Shown: positions 36,713-46,690, numbered from the stretch's first letter. The stretch is 64,000 nt of DNA from Candidatus Latescibacterota bacterium (GCA_965242865.1 CBDETK010000013.1:1696001-1760000), one strand, 5' to 3'. Notes: generated by a model from the letters alone, not told the origin. Translations and numbers: made by a program.

Positions 36713-37182
36713 TAGCCGCTCGCTGGCCGTCGATTGCGAGCACCTAGCCGCCCCTTGCCGCGCTTGGGCCGCCGTTGCACGGCCCATAGGTCAAGGGAAC
36801 CCTGTACCAAATGGGCCTTTATGGGCCTGGACCGCTCGGTCAAGTGACGACTTTTTGCACAAAAACGCCCACTTCGGCAGCCGATACCGCGGTCACGATC
36901 ACCGCGGCAATCGACACCGTGGCCGCGGTCACCGGCGGCAACGACCGCGCAATTTGCTATCTGTTCAAGCCGCCCAAGCGCGGAAATTTGCTATCTGTTC
37001 AAGCCGCCCCCCCCCAATCCGTTATGTAGAACTCTGCACTATGTCGCGCGGTTGGCACGGCTAGGGCCTCGATTGGTACAGGGTTCCCACGCCCCCCCGT
37101 AGCCGCTCGCTGGCCGTCGATTGCCATGCCGCACCTAGCCGCGCTTGGGCCGCTCGCTGCATCTAGCCGCGCTTGGGCCGCT
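36713..37182. repeat. Complex repeat region: 25-bp direct repeats, perfect 16-bp IR, tandem 25-bp iteron-like motif
   Basis: DR 36713-36737/37100-37124; IR GGGAACCCTGTACCAA 36795-36810/37073-37088; AATTTGCTATCTGTTCAAGCCGCCC at 36951 and 36985. Confidence 0.9.
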
Positions 37183-37199
37183 GCGAGCACGTGGCCGCT

Positions 37200-38086
37200 C
37201 TTGGCACTTTGTGGACTTCAGCCATGGCGTCGGAAGCGCGATCACCAATGAATCGGTCTATGGCGAAGAGGGGGCTGAGGAGAAAAGAGAGGAGTACAAA
37301 CTCGACGATTCGAGCGTCCTCGCGATCAAGGGCTTGGGACAGTTCCGCGAGTTCCAAGTCGTCTCAGAGTTCCGCAGCCTGATCGAGAACTGGCACGTTT
37401 CGGACTTCCACATTGCCGACGCCCGACCAAGCAGCGAGGCGGGCTACGCCGAGCATCTGTCTAACCGCGGCGATAACGTCGCTCAAGTTGCCCAGTACCT
37501 CTACGAGAATCACCGCGAGCACTTCGACCAAGTGCTGAAGGCTATGAGCCAGCGCGTCCCGGGTGTGAGCGACGTTGAAGCCAAGCCGACTGAAGATGGG
37601 CGTCTCGTCCTGCGCTTTCAGGATGGCAGTTTCAAAGACCCATTCATTGCCCGCTACGTCTCCGATGGCACCATCAAGATGTTCGCCTACCTCGTCTTGT
37701 TGTATGACCCGAACCCCCATCCGTTGCTGGCGGTTGAAGAACCCGAAAACCAACTCTATCCCGAATTGCTAGTAGAGTTAGCTGAGGAGTTTCGGGACTA
37801 CGCCCGGCGCGGCGGCCAAGTGTTCGTTTCGACCCACTCTCCCGACTTCCTGAACGGAGCAAAAATCGACGAGGTCTTCTGGCTAGCCAAGAAAAACGGC
37901 TTCACTATCGTCCGCCGAGCGTCTAACAGCGAACTGTTGCGCGGCCTTGTCGCAGAAGGAGACTTGCCCGGTGCCCTTTGGAAGCAAAGGCTTTTCGAGG
38001 GGGCTGGGGTATGCGGGGTTTTTCTGTCGTTTGTGCTCAACTGGGTTTGGTTTAAGGGCGCGGGGCATCCGATTCTGCACGGGTGA
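37200..38086 (+). pseudogene. 5'-truncated AAA_21/AbiEii-like ABC ATPase
   Basis: VSDGT signature, LLAVEEPEN Walker B and VSTHSP present; Walker A absent; upstream frame is repeat DNA. Confidence 0.8.
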
Positions 38087-38144
38087 TCCGATTGCCGTAT
38101 ATTGAGGGGGCAGCGCAACCCACTCCGAGGAAAGGCCCCCGCCG

Positions 38145-38918
38145 ATGAGCACTTCCCACCCCTTGCACCTCGCCGCGGCAGATGTGCAGTTCTACCGCGA
38201 TCACGGTTATTTCGTCTATCAACATCCGCTCTTTCCGGCTGAAAAGTTCCAGCGTTTGCAGGCCTTCTTCGCCGGCTTGTTGGCCGATTTGCCGGCCGGC
38301 AAGCGGCCCGAGGCCATGGATGTGCCGCACTTTGCCCATCCCGCGCTTTTCGAGTGGCTCTTCGCCGACGAGGTGCTCGATTTTGTCGAGGCGTTTATCG
38401 GCCCGGACATCGTCTTGTGGGCGAGCCACTTTATCAGCAAGCCGCCCGGCGACGGCCAGCGCGTGCCTTGGCACGAGGACTCGGCGTATTGGAACGAGCG
38501 GCTCAGCGAGCACGAGGTGCTAACCGTGTGGCTGGCCATCGACGACTCAACACGCGAAAACGGCTGTATGCGGGTGGTGGCCGATTCCCACCAACACGGC
38601 TTTTCAGACTACGTAGAAGTGGATCACAACACCCACGTCTTCGGGCGCGAGATCGTGGCCGAGCAGGTCGATCAGTCGCGGGTCGTCGATTTGGAACTTT
38701 GCGCCGGCCAGTGCCACATCCACCACGCCAAGATCATCCACGGCTCCAACCCCAACACCAGTGCCAAGCGGCGCTGCGGCTACACCATGCGCTACATGCC
38801 GGCCACAGTGAAGATGCGCCCCACCTCGTCCCATGCCGTGTACTTGGCGCGGGGCCGAGACCGGGCCGGCAACGAATACGCGGATCCGTCAAAGCCGTTT
38901 GCCCCGGGCGTTCGCTAG
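38145..38918 (+). CDS. Phytanoyl-CoA dioxygenase (PhyH) family protein
   Basis: PWHED, VWLAIDD..ENGCM, IHGS.PN.S..RR. Confidence 0.93.
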   Translation: MSTSHPLHLAAADVQFYRDHGYFVYQHPLFPAEKFQRLQAFFAGLLADLPAGKRPEAMDVPHFAHPALFEWLFADEVLDFVEAFIGPDIVLWASHFISKPPGDGQRVPWHEDSAYWNERLSEHEVLTVWLAIDDSTRENGCMRVVADSHQHGFSDYVEVDHNTHVFGREIVAEQVDQSRVVDLELCAGQCHIHHAKIIHGSNPNTSAKRRCGYTMRYMPATVKMRPTSSHAVYLARGRDRAGNEYADPSKPFAPGVR

Positions 38919-38936
38919 GGGGAGGTCACTTGAGAT

Positions 38937-39935
38937 ATGGAACTATTTCACAAAACCGATTTAGGGGAAATCTACTGGGGCGACGCGCTCGATCTCATGG
39001 TAGATATGAGGGATAAAAGCGTCAATCTGATCATGACGTCACCGCCATTTGGGTTGATTCGCAAAAAGGACTACGGCAATGTCGATGCGGATCAATACCT
39101 CGATTGGTTCCGGCCATTTGCCAAAGAATTTATACGCATCCTCAAGGACAATGGTTCGCTGGTCATTGACATTGGTGGTGCTTGGATGCCCGGGCAGCCA
39201 ACTCGCTCGCTTTATCACTATGAGCTTTTGATTATGCTTTGCAGGGAGTTCGATTTTCATCTGGCGCAAGAATTCTTCTGGTGGAATCCATCCAAATTGC
39301 CCACGCCAGCAGAGTGGGTGAATGTGCGGCGCATTCGGGTTAAAGACGCGATCAATTGCGTTTGGTGGCTGTCGCCGACCCCTTGGCCAAAAGCTAGCAA
39401 TCGCCGGGTTTTGATTCCCTATAGCAATTCAATGAAAGGATTGCTCAAGGGTGGATACCGAGCCAAGCTGAGGCCGAGTGGACACGATATTAGTGAAAAA
39501 TTTAACATTGACAATGGTGCTTCTATTCCGCCCAATCTCATCGCAATTCCCAATACAGAGAGCAATTCCAATTACTTGCGACTTTGCAAGGAGCACGGTA
39601 TAAAACCGCATCCCGCTCGCTTCCCCGCGGAACTGCCCGAGTACTTTGTTCGGATGCTCACCGACGAGGGAGATTTGGTGTTCGATCCTTTAGCAGGCTC
39701 TTGTGTAACGGGCGAGGTTGCCGAGCGCTTGAAACGCAAATGGCTCTGCTGTGATCTCGTCCAAGAATACCTCAAAGGCAGTCTTTTTAGGTTTGAGACC
39801 AAACAGAGAGCAAAAAAGAAAGTGCCTTCTTATGGCCTTTGTCACCCGGCGGCGATGTGGAACGGAACGGATAGCGAGGAGACCCTGGCGGACGACGGGG
39901 GCAAGAAAAGACCTAAAAACAAAACGAGGACCTAG
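38937..39935 (+). CDS. Beta-class N4-cytosine/N6-adenine DNA methyltransferase (M.PvuII-like SPPF)
   Basis: TSPPF motif IV before HPARFP and FDPLAGS motif I; lower GC. Confidence 0.92.
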   Translation: MELFHKTDLGEIYWGDALDLMVDMRDKSVNLIMTSPPFGLIRKKDYGNVDADQYLDWFRPFAKEFIRILKDNGSLVIDIGGAWMPGQPTRSLYHYELLIMLCREFDFHLAQEFFWWNPSKLPTPAEWVNVRRIRVKDAINCVWWLSPTPWPKASNRRVLIPYSNSMKGLLKGGYRAKLRPSGHDISEKFNIDNGASIPPNLIAIPNTESNSNYLRLCKEHGIKPHPARFPAELPEYFVRMLTDEGDLVFDPLAGSCVTGEVAERLKRKWLCCDLVQEYLKGSLFRFETKQRAKKKVPSYGLCHPAAMWNGTDSEETLADDGGKKRPKNKTRT

Positions 39936-39941
39936 CAAACG

Positions 39942-40946
39942 ATGCCTGCTGTTTCGCCGGCCAAACTCGTCAAGGCCGTTCTTCACGCTATACAGAAATC
40001 CGGCGGTACTGGTTTCTACGTGTCTGCAAGCTCGGCTACGCACCCCAGAGAATTTTTGGTTCAGTACCTCGAAGATACCATTTCACTTTGGGTCTATGTA
40101 TGGACGCTCACCCATGGCGGTCGGCAATCGTTACCACGCGAATACAGAATTCAGATGACCACGGTTTCCTCGCCGCTGCCGATCAATCCAAGCGGCCCTA
40201 CCGTTTTGCTGGGGTATCACGCTGAGAGCAATATGTTTGCGGGCTTTGATATAGATAAACATCGCACCTTTACCGCAGGTTCGCCCTCTGTTCAGATCGA
40301 TATAGAGGCTATTGGTACGGCGGCTGGAGATGGCCTAGCCTTTGCCCGAAAAGACAACGAGGAAATAGCCGTTGGAATTCGTCCCGATCAGTTTCTGAAT
40401 TATGTGTTTAACGCAGCCTCTCTGCATCGGCATGGAGGCGACCTGCCAACGTATGCTCTCTTGCTAAGGGCCTCTCAGTTGGAGGATATACAGCCACAAG
40501 AGCTAGAGCCGCTATCGCAAGAGCGGCAAAAGGTCGTCGCGTCGATAAGCCGCTATGCCCGGGCGGCGAATTTTCGCCGGCGAGTTATGGATGCTTATGG
40601 GAACCACTGTGCGGTGACGAGGACCCAGCTCGATCTCGTCGAGGCGGCCCATATTGTACCAGTAAAGGCCCAAGGAACCGATGATGTTTCTAATGGCCTT
40701 GCCTTGTCGCCGACCATCCATCGCGCCTATGACAACAGCTTGATTTACCTCGATGCAGGGTACTTCGTGCGGCTCAATGAACAGCAGGCGAATGCGTTAA
40801 GGGATCGACAACTCAGCGAGGGCCTTGAGCAGATGGAGCGTCACCTAAATTCTCAGATACACTTGCCGGCACACAAGGCTCAGTGGCCCGACCCCACATT
40901 GATCGAGCGAGCCAATAGGCTGCGGCGAATACCGGGCTACTGCTGA
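39942..40946 (+). CDS. HNH endonuclease (putative restriction partner)
   Basis: FRRRVMDAY..CAVT..EAAHI.P..DDVSNGLALSPTIHRAYD (HNH_2 type). Confidence 0.9.
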   Translation: MPAVSPAKLVKAVLHAIQKSGGTGFYVSASSATHPREFLVQYLEDTISLWVYVWTLTHGGRQSLPREYRIQMTTVSSPLPINPSGPTVLLGYHAESNMFAGFDIDKHRTFTAGSPSVQIDIEAIGTAAGDGLAFARKDNEEIAVGIRPDQFLNYVFNAASLHRHGGDLPTYALLLRASQLEDIQPQELEPLSQERQKVVASISRYARAANFRRRVMDAYGNHCAVTRTQLDLVEAAHIVPVKAQGTDDVSNGLALSPTIHRAYDNSLIYLDAGYFVRLNEQQANALRDRQLSEGLEQMERHLNSQIHLPAHKAQWPDPTLIERANRLRRIPGYC

Positions 40947-40982
40947 GCGGCCGCGAACTTCGCCAAAGAAAGGAGCCCATCC

Positions 40983-42272
40983 ATGAAAAAGTACATCTTC
41001 GTCTCGGGGCTGATTTTGACCGCGCTGGGTGCGGGTGCCAGTCAGGAGTACTGGCCCCAGTGGCGCGGCCCCCACCACAACGGCGTCAGCGCGGCCGTGG
41101 ACCTACCGGTGACTTGGAGCGCGAGCGAGAACGTGGTCTGGAGCCGGAAGCTGCCCTCTTGGAGCGGGAGTACGCCGGTGGTGTGGGGCGAGCGGCTCTT
41201 TTTGACGTCGCCCAATGCGGGCGAGGAGCTCCAAGGCGGTGAAACGCTGCTTTTGGGCTGCCTGTCCGCGACCGATGGCCGCACATTGTGGCAGCGCACG
41301 CTCGACGAGGGCAATGCCTATTGGCGCAAGCACAACAACGCCACCCCGTCGCCGGTCACAGACGGCAAGCGCGTGTTGGCCGTTACCGGCACGGGGATGA
41401 TCCGGGCCTTTGATCTGGACGGCGAAGAATTGTGGCGCTACGACTTGCAGGCCGAGCACGGCCCCTTCGGCCTGATGTGGGGCTATGCCTCCTCGCCCTT
41501 GCTCCACGAGGGCCAGCTCTTCGTCGAGGTTCTGCACGGACAGAACACAGACGATGCTTCCTACCTGATTGCCTTTGACGCGGCCACGGGCGCGGTCGCG
41601 TGGCGGCGGGAGCGGCCAACCGACGCGGTGGGCGAGTCGCCGGATGCCTATACCACGCCCGTCGTCCTCGCCCACGAGGGCCAGACGCAAATCGTCGTCT
41701 CCGGCGGAGATTACCTCACCGGCCACGATCCGGCCACGGGCGAAGAGGTGTGGCGGGCGGGCGGCCTGAACCCGGACAAGGAGCGGAACTACCGGGTGGT
41801 AGGGTCGCCGGTGGCGGTCGCCGGGATGGTGTACGCGACCAGTCGCCGCAATCCAGTGCTGGCGTTCCGCGCCGGTGGCACCGGAGACATTAGCGCGAGT
41901 CACCTCGCTTGGAAGTGGACCGGGCGGGGCGGCCCGGATGTGCCCTCGGCCGTCACCGATGGCCGCTATTTTTACATGGTCGATGACCGCGGGCGAGTCT
42001 CCTGCCTCGACGCTCGGACGGGCGCGGTGATGTGGGGGCCGGAGCGCACGGCTCAGGGGCAGGTCAGTGCTTCGCCGGTCTTGGCCGACGGCAAGCTCTA
42101 CGTGGTCAATGAAAACGCGGTGACGACCGTGCTCCAAGCCGGCCCAGAGTACAACGTGCTGGCCACCAACGAACTCGACGGAGCCTATACCCTGTCTTCG
42201 CCAGCCATTGCCGGGGGGCGGCTCTTCCTGCGGACGGAATCGCATCTGTACTGCATTGGCCGGGCGCGTTAG
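40983..42272 (+). CDS. Exported PQQ-binding-like (BamB-like) beta-propeller protein
   Basis: Signal peptide, WPQWRGP..NG, repeated SP/W propeller motifs, ends LYCIG. Confidence 0.9.
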   Translation: MKKYIFVSGLILTALGAGASQEYWPQWRGPHHNGVSAAVDLPVTWSASENVVWSRKLPSWSGSTPVVWGERLFLTSPNAGEELQGGETLLLGCLSATDGRTLWQRTLDEGNAYWRKHNNATPSPVTDGKRVLAVTGTGMIRAFDLDGEELWRYDLQAEHGPFGLMWGYASSPLLHEGQLFVEVLHGQNTDDASYLIAFDAATGAVAWRRERPTDAVGESPDAYTTPVVLAHEGQTQIVVSGGDYLTGHDPATGEEVWRAGGLNPDKERNYRVVGSPVAVAGMVYATSRRNPVLAFRAGGTGDISASHLAWKWTGRGGPDVPSAVTDGRYFYMVDDRGRVSCLDARTGAVMWGPERTAQGQVSASPVLADGKLYVVNENAVTTVLQAGPEYNVLATNELDGAYTLSSPAIAGGRLFLRTESHLYCIGRAR

Positions 42273-42295
42273 TTCGTTCGTGGCTAAGATCCGGG

Positions 42296-42340
42296 GTCGA
42301 GGGCGTCTCGCCCTCGACGAGGGCAAGATGCCCTCGATCC
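42296..42340. repeat. REP-like family 2 doublet between convergent genes
   Basis: GTCGAGGGCGTCTCGCCCTCGACGAGGGCAAGATGCCCTCGATCC. Confidence 0.8.
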
Positions 42341-42362
42341 TTTGTAAGGCACGGGCCGCGCC

Positions 42363-45300
42363 CTATTCGGCCTTGAGAGCGGCCAGCAGGGGGCGGCGCA
42401 GTGCTAAGTGCGCGGCGACCGCACACGCCAACAGGCCGGCCGCGCAGACCAAGCCGAGCGAAAGGCCCAGCGCGGCCCAAGGCAGCGGGGTGGGGTCGAA
42501 GAGGCGGGGGGCCACGGCGATGAGGGCGGCGACGCTGCCGATTCCCTCGCCGGCGAGCAGGAGGAAGCCGTGCTCGTAGAGCAGCATCGCCCGCAGGCGG
42601 GCGCGGCCAAAGCCACAGGCGGCCAAGGTCGCTAACTCGCCCCCCCGCTCGAGGACGTTGCGCAAGATGAGGATTCCCAACCCCAGCGTCCCCAAGAGCA
42701 GCCCCAGCAAGCCCAGCGTCTGAAAGGTCGATAGGTACGTGTTTTCGACAGCGCGGTAGCCTTGGAGGCGGTCGGCACTCGAGGTGGCGTCGAGACCGTA
42801 GGGCACCAGTCCCTTTTCGAGCGCGGTCGCAATGGCCGCGGGTCGTTCGGTTTCGACTAGGAAGTAGCCATGGCCTTCGCGGTCGGGAAAGTGCGCGGCA
42901 AAGCGGTCTTCGGCAATGAGCAACTCGCTCTGGAACAGGCTGCCGTCCAACAACCCGACCAACCGCGCGGTCAACCCTTCGGCAATGGGAATGTCGTCGC
43001 CCAGCCCCTTGTGCAAAATCCATTGCGCCGAACGAAAATCGCCGATAGCTGGGACGACGCCCGGCCCCAAATCGCGCTGGAGCAATTGCCAAGGATTGGC
43101 GCGCTCGGCCGGCGTCAGCGCGAGGGTCTGCCGGAAGGGCCAGCCGCCGCGCTCGATGAATTCGGCCGGTGCGCCGAGGACGCGCGGGGCTTGGGGCCGG
43201 TAGAGGTTGAGGCAGCTCACATCGTCGCCGGGTAGGACGCGGAAGGGAAAAAAGCGCGCGGCAGCCAAGCCGGTGCCCAGCCCCAATTCAAAGCGACCGT
43301 CCGCGCTGTTGAGGTCTTGGTGCAGGGGAATTTCCGCTTCGGCCACCAGCGCGAAACCGCCGGCGCCCGGATCGTCAGCCCACTCGACCTGCCGATGGGC
43401 GCCGGCCGCGACGATGACAAAGGTCGCGCCGGCGACGAGGGCGGTGCAGAGGGCACTGCGGCTGGGCTTGCGGGTGCAGTTGAGGATCCCCAAGCCGAGG
43501 CTGGAGCGCCGGCGGCCCGAGGGCGGAGCGCGCAACCACCCCGCGAACAGGGCCAACAAGGCCAACAGGGCGGCCGTGCCGCTGCCCAAGAACAGCGCGG
43601 CCGCCGTGGCCGCATCGGCTCTACTGGCGAGGATGCTCAAGGCAAGCGCGAGCGCAAGGGCGAGCGCGGCGAGGACGGCCCGGCGGCCGCATGGGCGTGG
43701 CTGGGCCGCATCGAGGGCCCCGGCCAGCAGGGCGCGGACCGGCCGCCGGTGGTAGTGCCGCACGGTGCGCCACAGCGCTAGCGAGACCAGCAGCAGGGTC
43801 GATAAGTAGCCCAACCCCAAGCTCGGCCAGCGGACGTGGAGCTGGAGGAAGGGCGTACCAATGGCCTCCAACCAATAGGTGTGCAAGCCGACCAGCAGCA
43901 GGTAAGCGTAGAGCAAGGCTCCGGCGAGGCCGAGAAGCCCACCCAGCGCGGCCAAGGCAATGCCCTCGCCCAAGAAACGCCGGCTCACCGCGGCGAGCGG
44001 GTAGCCGGTCGCCAGCAGCAGCCCCGCTTCGCTGGCGCGTTGTTCGAGCCCGAACTTGCACAGCAGGACCACTAAGAGCGCGGCCGCGGCAATGAGGAAG
44101 AGGCTGAAGCCGATAAAGAGGCCGCTGAAGTCCGTAGCCCCCTGAGAAGCCGCAATGGCCTGTGCGCGGACGGGACGCAAGGCGAAGTCGGCCGATGCTA
44201 GGCGTTCTAGCAGGGCGCGGCGCAGGCTTTGATAGTCGGCTGGCGAGGGAGGATAGAAGCGGACCGCGGTCAGCGCACCGTGGCGGCTGCCCCACAGGCG
44301 TTGGCCCGTCCGAGCCGCGACAAAGGCTTTGGGCGCGGCCCCGTACTGATCCCAGTAGGCTTCGTCCTGCGGGCAAATTTGCCCCATGTCGATGGGAAAG
44401 GGCGCGTCCCAAGCCGCCATGTCGCCTTCTTCCTGCAACCCCGGATAGGCCGGCGTCAGCGTCGGGTCAACGGCCAAGCCGCGCATCTGCACGATCCCTT
44501 GCAGGCGGAAGTGGGCCTGCTCGGTCCGCAGTGCTTGGCGCGGGCCGACCGCGTAATAGGTCAGGGCAATGGAGTCGCCGAGGGCCGCGGCCAGCTCGCG
44601 GGCGGTCCAAGCGTCGAGGTAGAGGGCGTCGGCGGCGAGGGGCGGTGCCGGCCGTCCATCGGCGAGATAGAGGCCGGTGGGGTCGTCGAGGCCGGTAACG
44701 GTCGAGTAGGGGACTTGGCGGCCATGGCCTGTAATGGCGTTGGCCAGATAGGTCGAGAACGTCGCGGTTTTGAGCTGCAAGGCCGCAGCACTGGCCAAGG
44801 CCGCGGCGCGGGTTGAGTCGTTGAGGACAAAGCGGGTGCTGGTGAGCTCGATGTAGTTGGAGTGCAGCGCGAGGTCGAGCTGGTGGTCGGCCAAGCTCAG
44901 GTGTTGGGCGAGCGCGTCTTGGGATTGGTGCGCCGGCGCGGCCATGAGCAGGGCGTTGACGCGGCCCGGTTGGCCGAGGACGCGCTGGAGGACGGGGAGG
45001 GCGAGGTACGCGTTCAGGGGCCGATGCTGATGCGCCCGCAGGCCAAAGCGTCCCGCCCCTCGGTCGGGCAAGACGCCGGTGAGCACCGCGCGCAGCGTGG
45101 TGACGAGGTCGCCGGTAGCGCGGCGGCCAAACAGGGATTCGCGGTACGGTGCGCTGGGACGCTCCAGCGAGAGCAACACGGCGTCGCCTAGTTCGAGGCC
45201 GAGGGCGCGTTGCAGCGCGGCATTGACCACGAGCGCGGGAAACGGCTGCCCGGGGATTGGCGCGAGCCCGTCGCGCAGGGCGGGGCTGTCTCGGGGAAAG

Positions 45301-45620
45301 AGCGCGGCAAAGCGGGCGTCAACGCCTTGGATCTGCACGCCAGCCGCGAGCTGTTGGGTCTCGGCGTGTCGGGCGCTGCCGGTGAGGAGGATGGCGGGCG
45401 CGGGATCGGCCGGCAGCGCGTCGCCCAAGTCGCTGCGGAAAAAGTGCGCGGCCACCAGCGCGTACTCAATGCGGCCCAGCCGCGCCAAAGCCAAGTCGCG
45501 CAAACTCCCGCGCATGGAATCGCCGACGAGGAGCGCGCCGGTCAGAGCGGTTGTGGCGACAGCCGTCCCCAGCAGCAGCCCTAGGTGAACCCGCCAGTAG
45601 TAACTCAGGCTTCGACGCAC
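42363..45620 (-). CDS. FtsX/MacB-type ABC permease (double module)
   Basis: TGALLVGDSMRGSL, EQRASEAGLLLATG, NVLERGGELATL; GTG start at 45620 overlapping the ATPase stop region. Confidence 0.9.
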   Translation of the reverse strand: MRRSLSYYWRVHLGLLLGTAVATTALTGALLVGDSMRGSLRDLALARLGRIEYALVAAHFFRSDLGDALPADPAPAILLTGSARHAETQQLAAGVQIQGVDARFAALFPRDSPALRDGLAPIPGQPFPALVVNAALQRALGLELGDAVLLSLERPSAPYRESLFGRRATGDLVTTLRAVLTGVLPDRGAGRFGLRAHQHRPLNAYLALPVLQRVLGQPGRVNALLMAAPAHQSQDALAQHLSLADHQLDLALHSNYIELTSTRFVLNDSTRAAALASAAALQLKTATFSTYLANAITGHGRQVPYSTVTGLDDPTGLYLADGRPAPPLAADALYLDAWTARELAAALGDSIALTYYAVGPRQALRTEQAHFRLQGIVQMRGLAVDPTLTPAYPGLQEEGDMAAWDAPFPIDMGQICPQDEAYWDQYGAAPKAFVAARTGQRLWGSRHGALTAVRFYPPSPADYQSLRRALLERLASADFALRPVRAQAIAASQGATDFSGLFIGFSLFLIAAAALLVVLLCKFGLEQRASEAGLLLATGYPLAAVSRRFLGEGIALAALGGLLGLAGALLYAYLLLVGLHTYWLEAIGTPFLQLHVRWPSLGLGYLSTLLLVSLALWRTVRHYHRRPVRALLAGALDAAQPRPCGRRAVLAALALALALALSILASRADAATAAALFLGSGTAALLALLALFAGWLRAPPSGRRRSSLGLGILNCTRKPSRSALCTALVAGATFVIVAAGAHRQVEWADDPGAGGFALVAEAEIPLHQDLNSADGRFELGLGTGLAAARFFPFRVLPGDDVSCLNLYRPQAPRVLGAPAEFIERGGWPFRQTLALTPAERANPWQLLQRDLGPGVVPAIGDFRSAQWILHKGLGDDIPIAEGLTARLVGLLDGSLFQSELLIAEDRFAAHFPDREGHGYFLVETERPAAIATALEKGLVPYGLDATSSADRLQGYRAVENTYLSTFQTLGLLGLLLGTLGLGILILRNVLERGGELATLAACGFGRARLRAMLLYEHGFLLLAGEGIGSVAALIAVAPRLFDPTPLPWAALGLSLGLVCAAGLLACAVAAHLALRRPLLAALKAE

Positions 45621-46282
45621 ATGCCCTCGCGCAAATGCAGGCGGCGGTCGCAGCGGGCCGCGAGCGCTAGATCGTGGGTTGCGATGACGAGGGCGGCTCG
45701 CTCGGCCCGGTGGAGCGCGAAGAGCAGGTCCGCGACCGTGGTCGCGGTCTGGCGGTCGAGGCTGCCGGTCGGCTCGTCGCAGAGCAAGAGACCGGGCTGA
45801 TTGAGCAAGGCACGCGCCACGGCCACGCGCTGGCATTCGCCGCCCGACAACTCGGCCGGGCGATGGTGCAGCCGCTTTTCCAGCCCGACAGCCCGCAACA
45901 AGTCGCGGGCGCGGCCGCGCCGGTCGGCTTGGGGAAAGGCCAGGGCGGGGATTAGGGCGTTTTCGAGGGCTGAGTACTGGGGCAGCAGGTGGTGGTTTTG
46001 AAAGACGAAGCCGATGTGCTGGTTGCGGAAGCGGGCGAGTTGCGGCTCGGCAAGGGTTAGAGGATCCGCGCCGTTGATCGCGATCTGGCCCGAGGTGGGG
46101 GGGTCGAGGGTGCCGAGCAGGTGCAGCAAGGTGCTCTTGCCCGAGCCGGACGGGCCGATCAACGCGACCGACTGGCCCGCATCCACGCGCAGCGAAACGC
46201 CGCACAGCACTTCAACGGTCTGGTCGCCGAGGGCAAAGTGCTTGCAGACCTCAACGGCGACGAGGGCCGGGGCGGTGCTCAT
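45605..46282 (-). CDS. ABC transporter ATP-binding protein (LolD/MacB-like)
   Basis: GPSGSGKST, LSGGE, LLLCDEPTG. Confidence 0.95.
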   Translation of the reverse strand: MSTAPALVAVEVCKHFALGDQTVEVLCGVSLRVDAGQSVALIGPSGSGKSTLLHLLGTLDPPTSGQIAINGADPLTLAEPQLARFRNQHIGFVFQNHHLLPQYSALENALIPALAFPQADRRGRARDLLRAVGLEKRLHHRPAELSGGECQRVAVARALLNQPGLLLCDEPTGSLDRQTATTVADLLFALHRAERAALVIATHDLALAARCDRRLHLREGMCVEA

Positions 46283-46689
46283 GGCGCCAGCTTGCGGGCG
46301 ATAAAGTCGGGGATGGGGATGGCGCGGATGTGCTCGCCCGGATTGCAGACGCAGCAGACGACCGTGAGCCGCCCTTGGGCTATTGATTCGCCGTTGCAGT
46401 CGAAGTCAAAGCGAAAGCGGAGGGATTTCTCGCCCTGCTTTTCGAGGGATAGCTCGATGTCGAGGATGTCTTCAAAGGCGACCGGGCAGAAGTACTCGCA
46501 TTCGGCGGCGAGGCGGGGCCAGCTAATGAGGTCGCCGTCGCGCTCGCTGTGGACGCTCAGGTCGAGGCTGCGCCAGAACGCGTGCTCGGCTGCCTCCATA
46601 AAGACGAAAAAGCGCGCAAAGTGGACGATACCGGCCTGATCGGTATCGGCCCACTCAACGCGGCGGCGCGTGCAAAACGCAGCCGGCAC
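46279..46689 (-). CDS. Hot-dog fold acyl-CoA thioesterase (4HBT/YbgC family)
   Basis: VEWADTDQAGIVHF motif; GTG start chosen just after the upstream stop. Confidence 0.9.
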   Translation of the reverse strand: MPAAFCTRRRVEWADTDQAGIVHFARFFVFMEAAEHAFWRSLDLSVHSERDGDLISWPRLAAECEYFCPVAFEDILDIELSLEKQGEKSLRFRFDFDCNGESIAQGRLTVVCCVCNPGEHIRAIPIPDFIARKLAP

Positions 46690-46690
46690 G

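Noticed and set aside
36600-36743. Upstream extension of the ankyrin ORF
   Set aside because: RBS and lipoprotein signal support ATG 36599; the extension is repeat DNA.
45621-46205. N-terminal extension of the 1280-aa permease ORF
   Set aside because: Alternate-frame overlap with the ABC ATPase; low-complexity Arg/Pro sequence.
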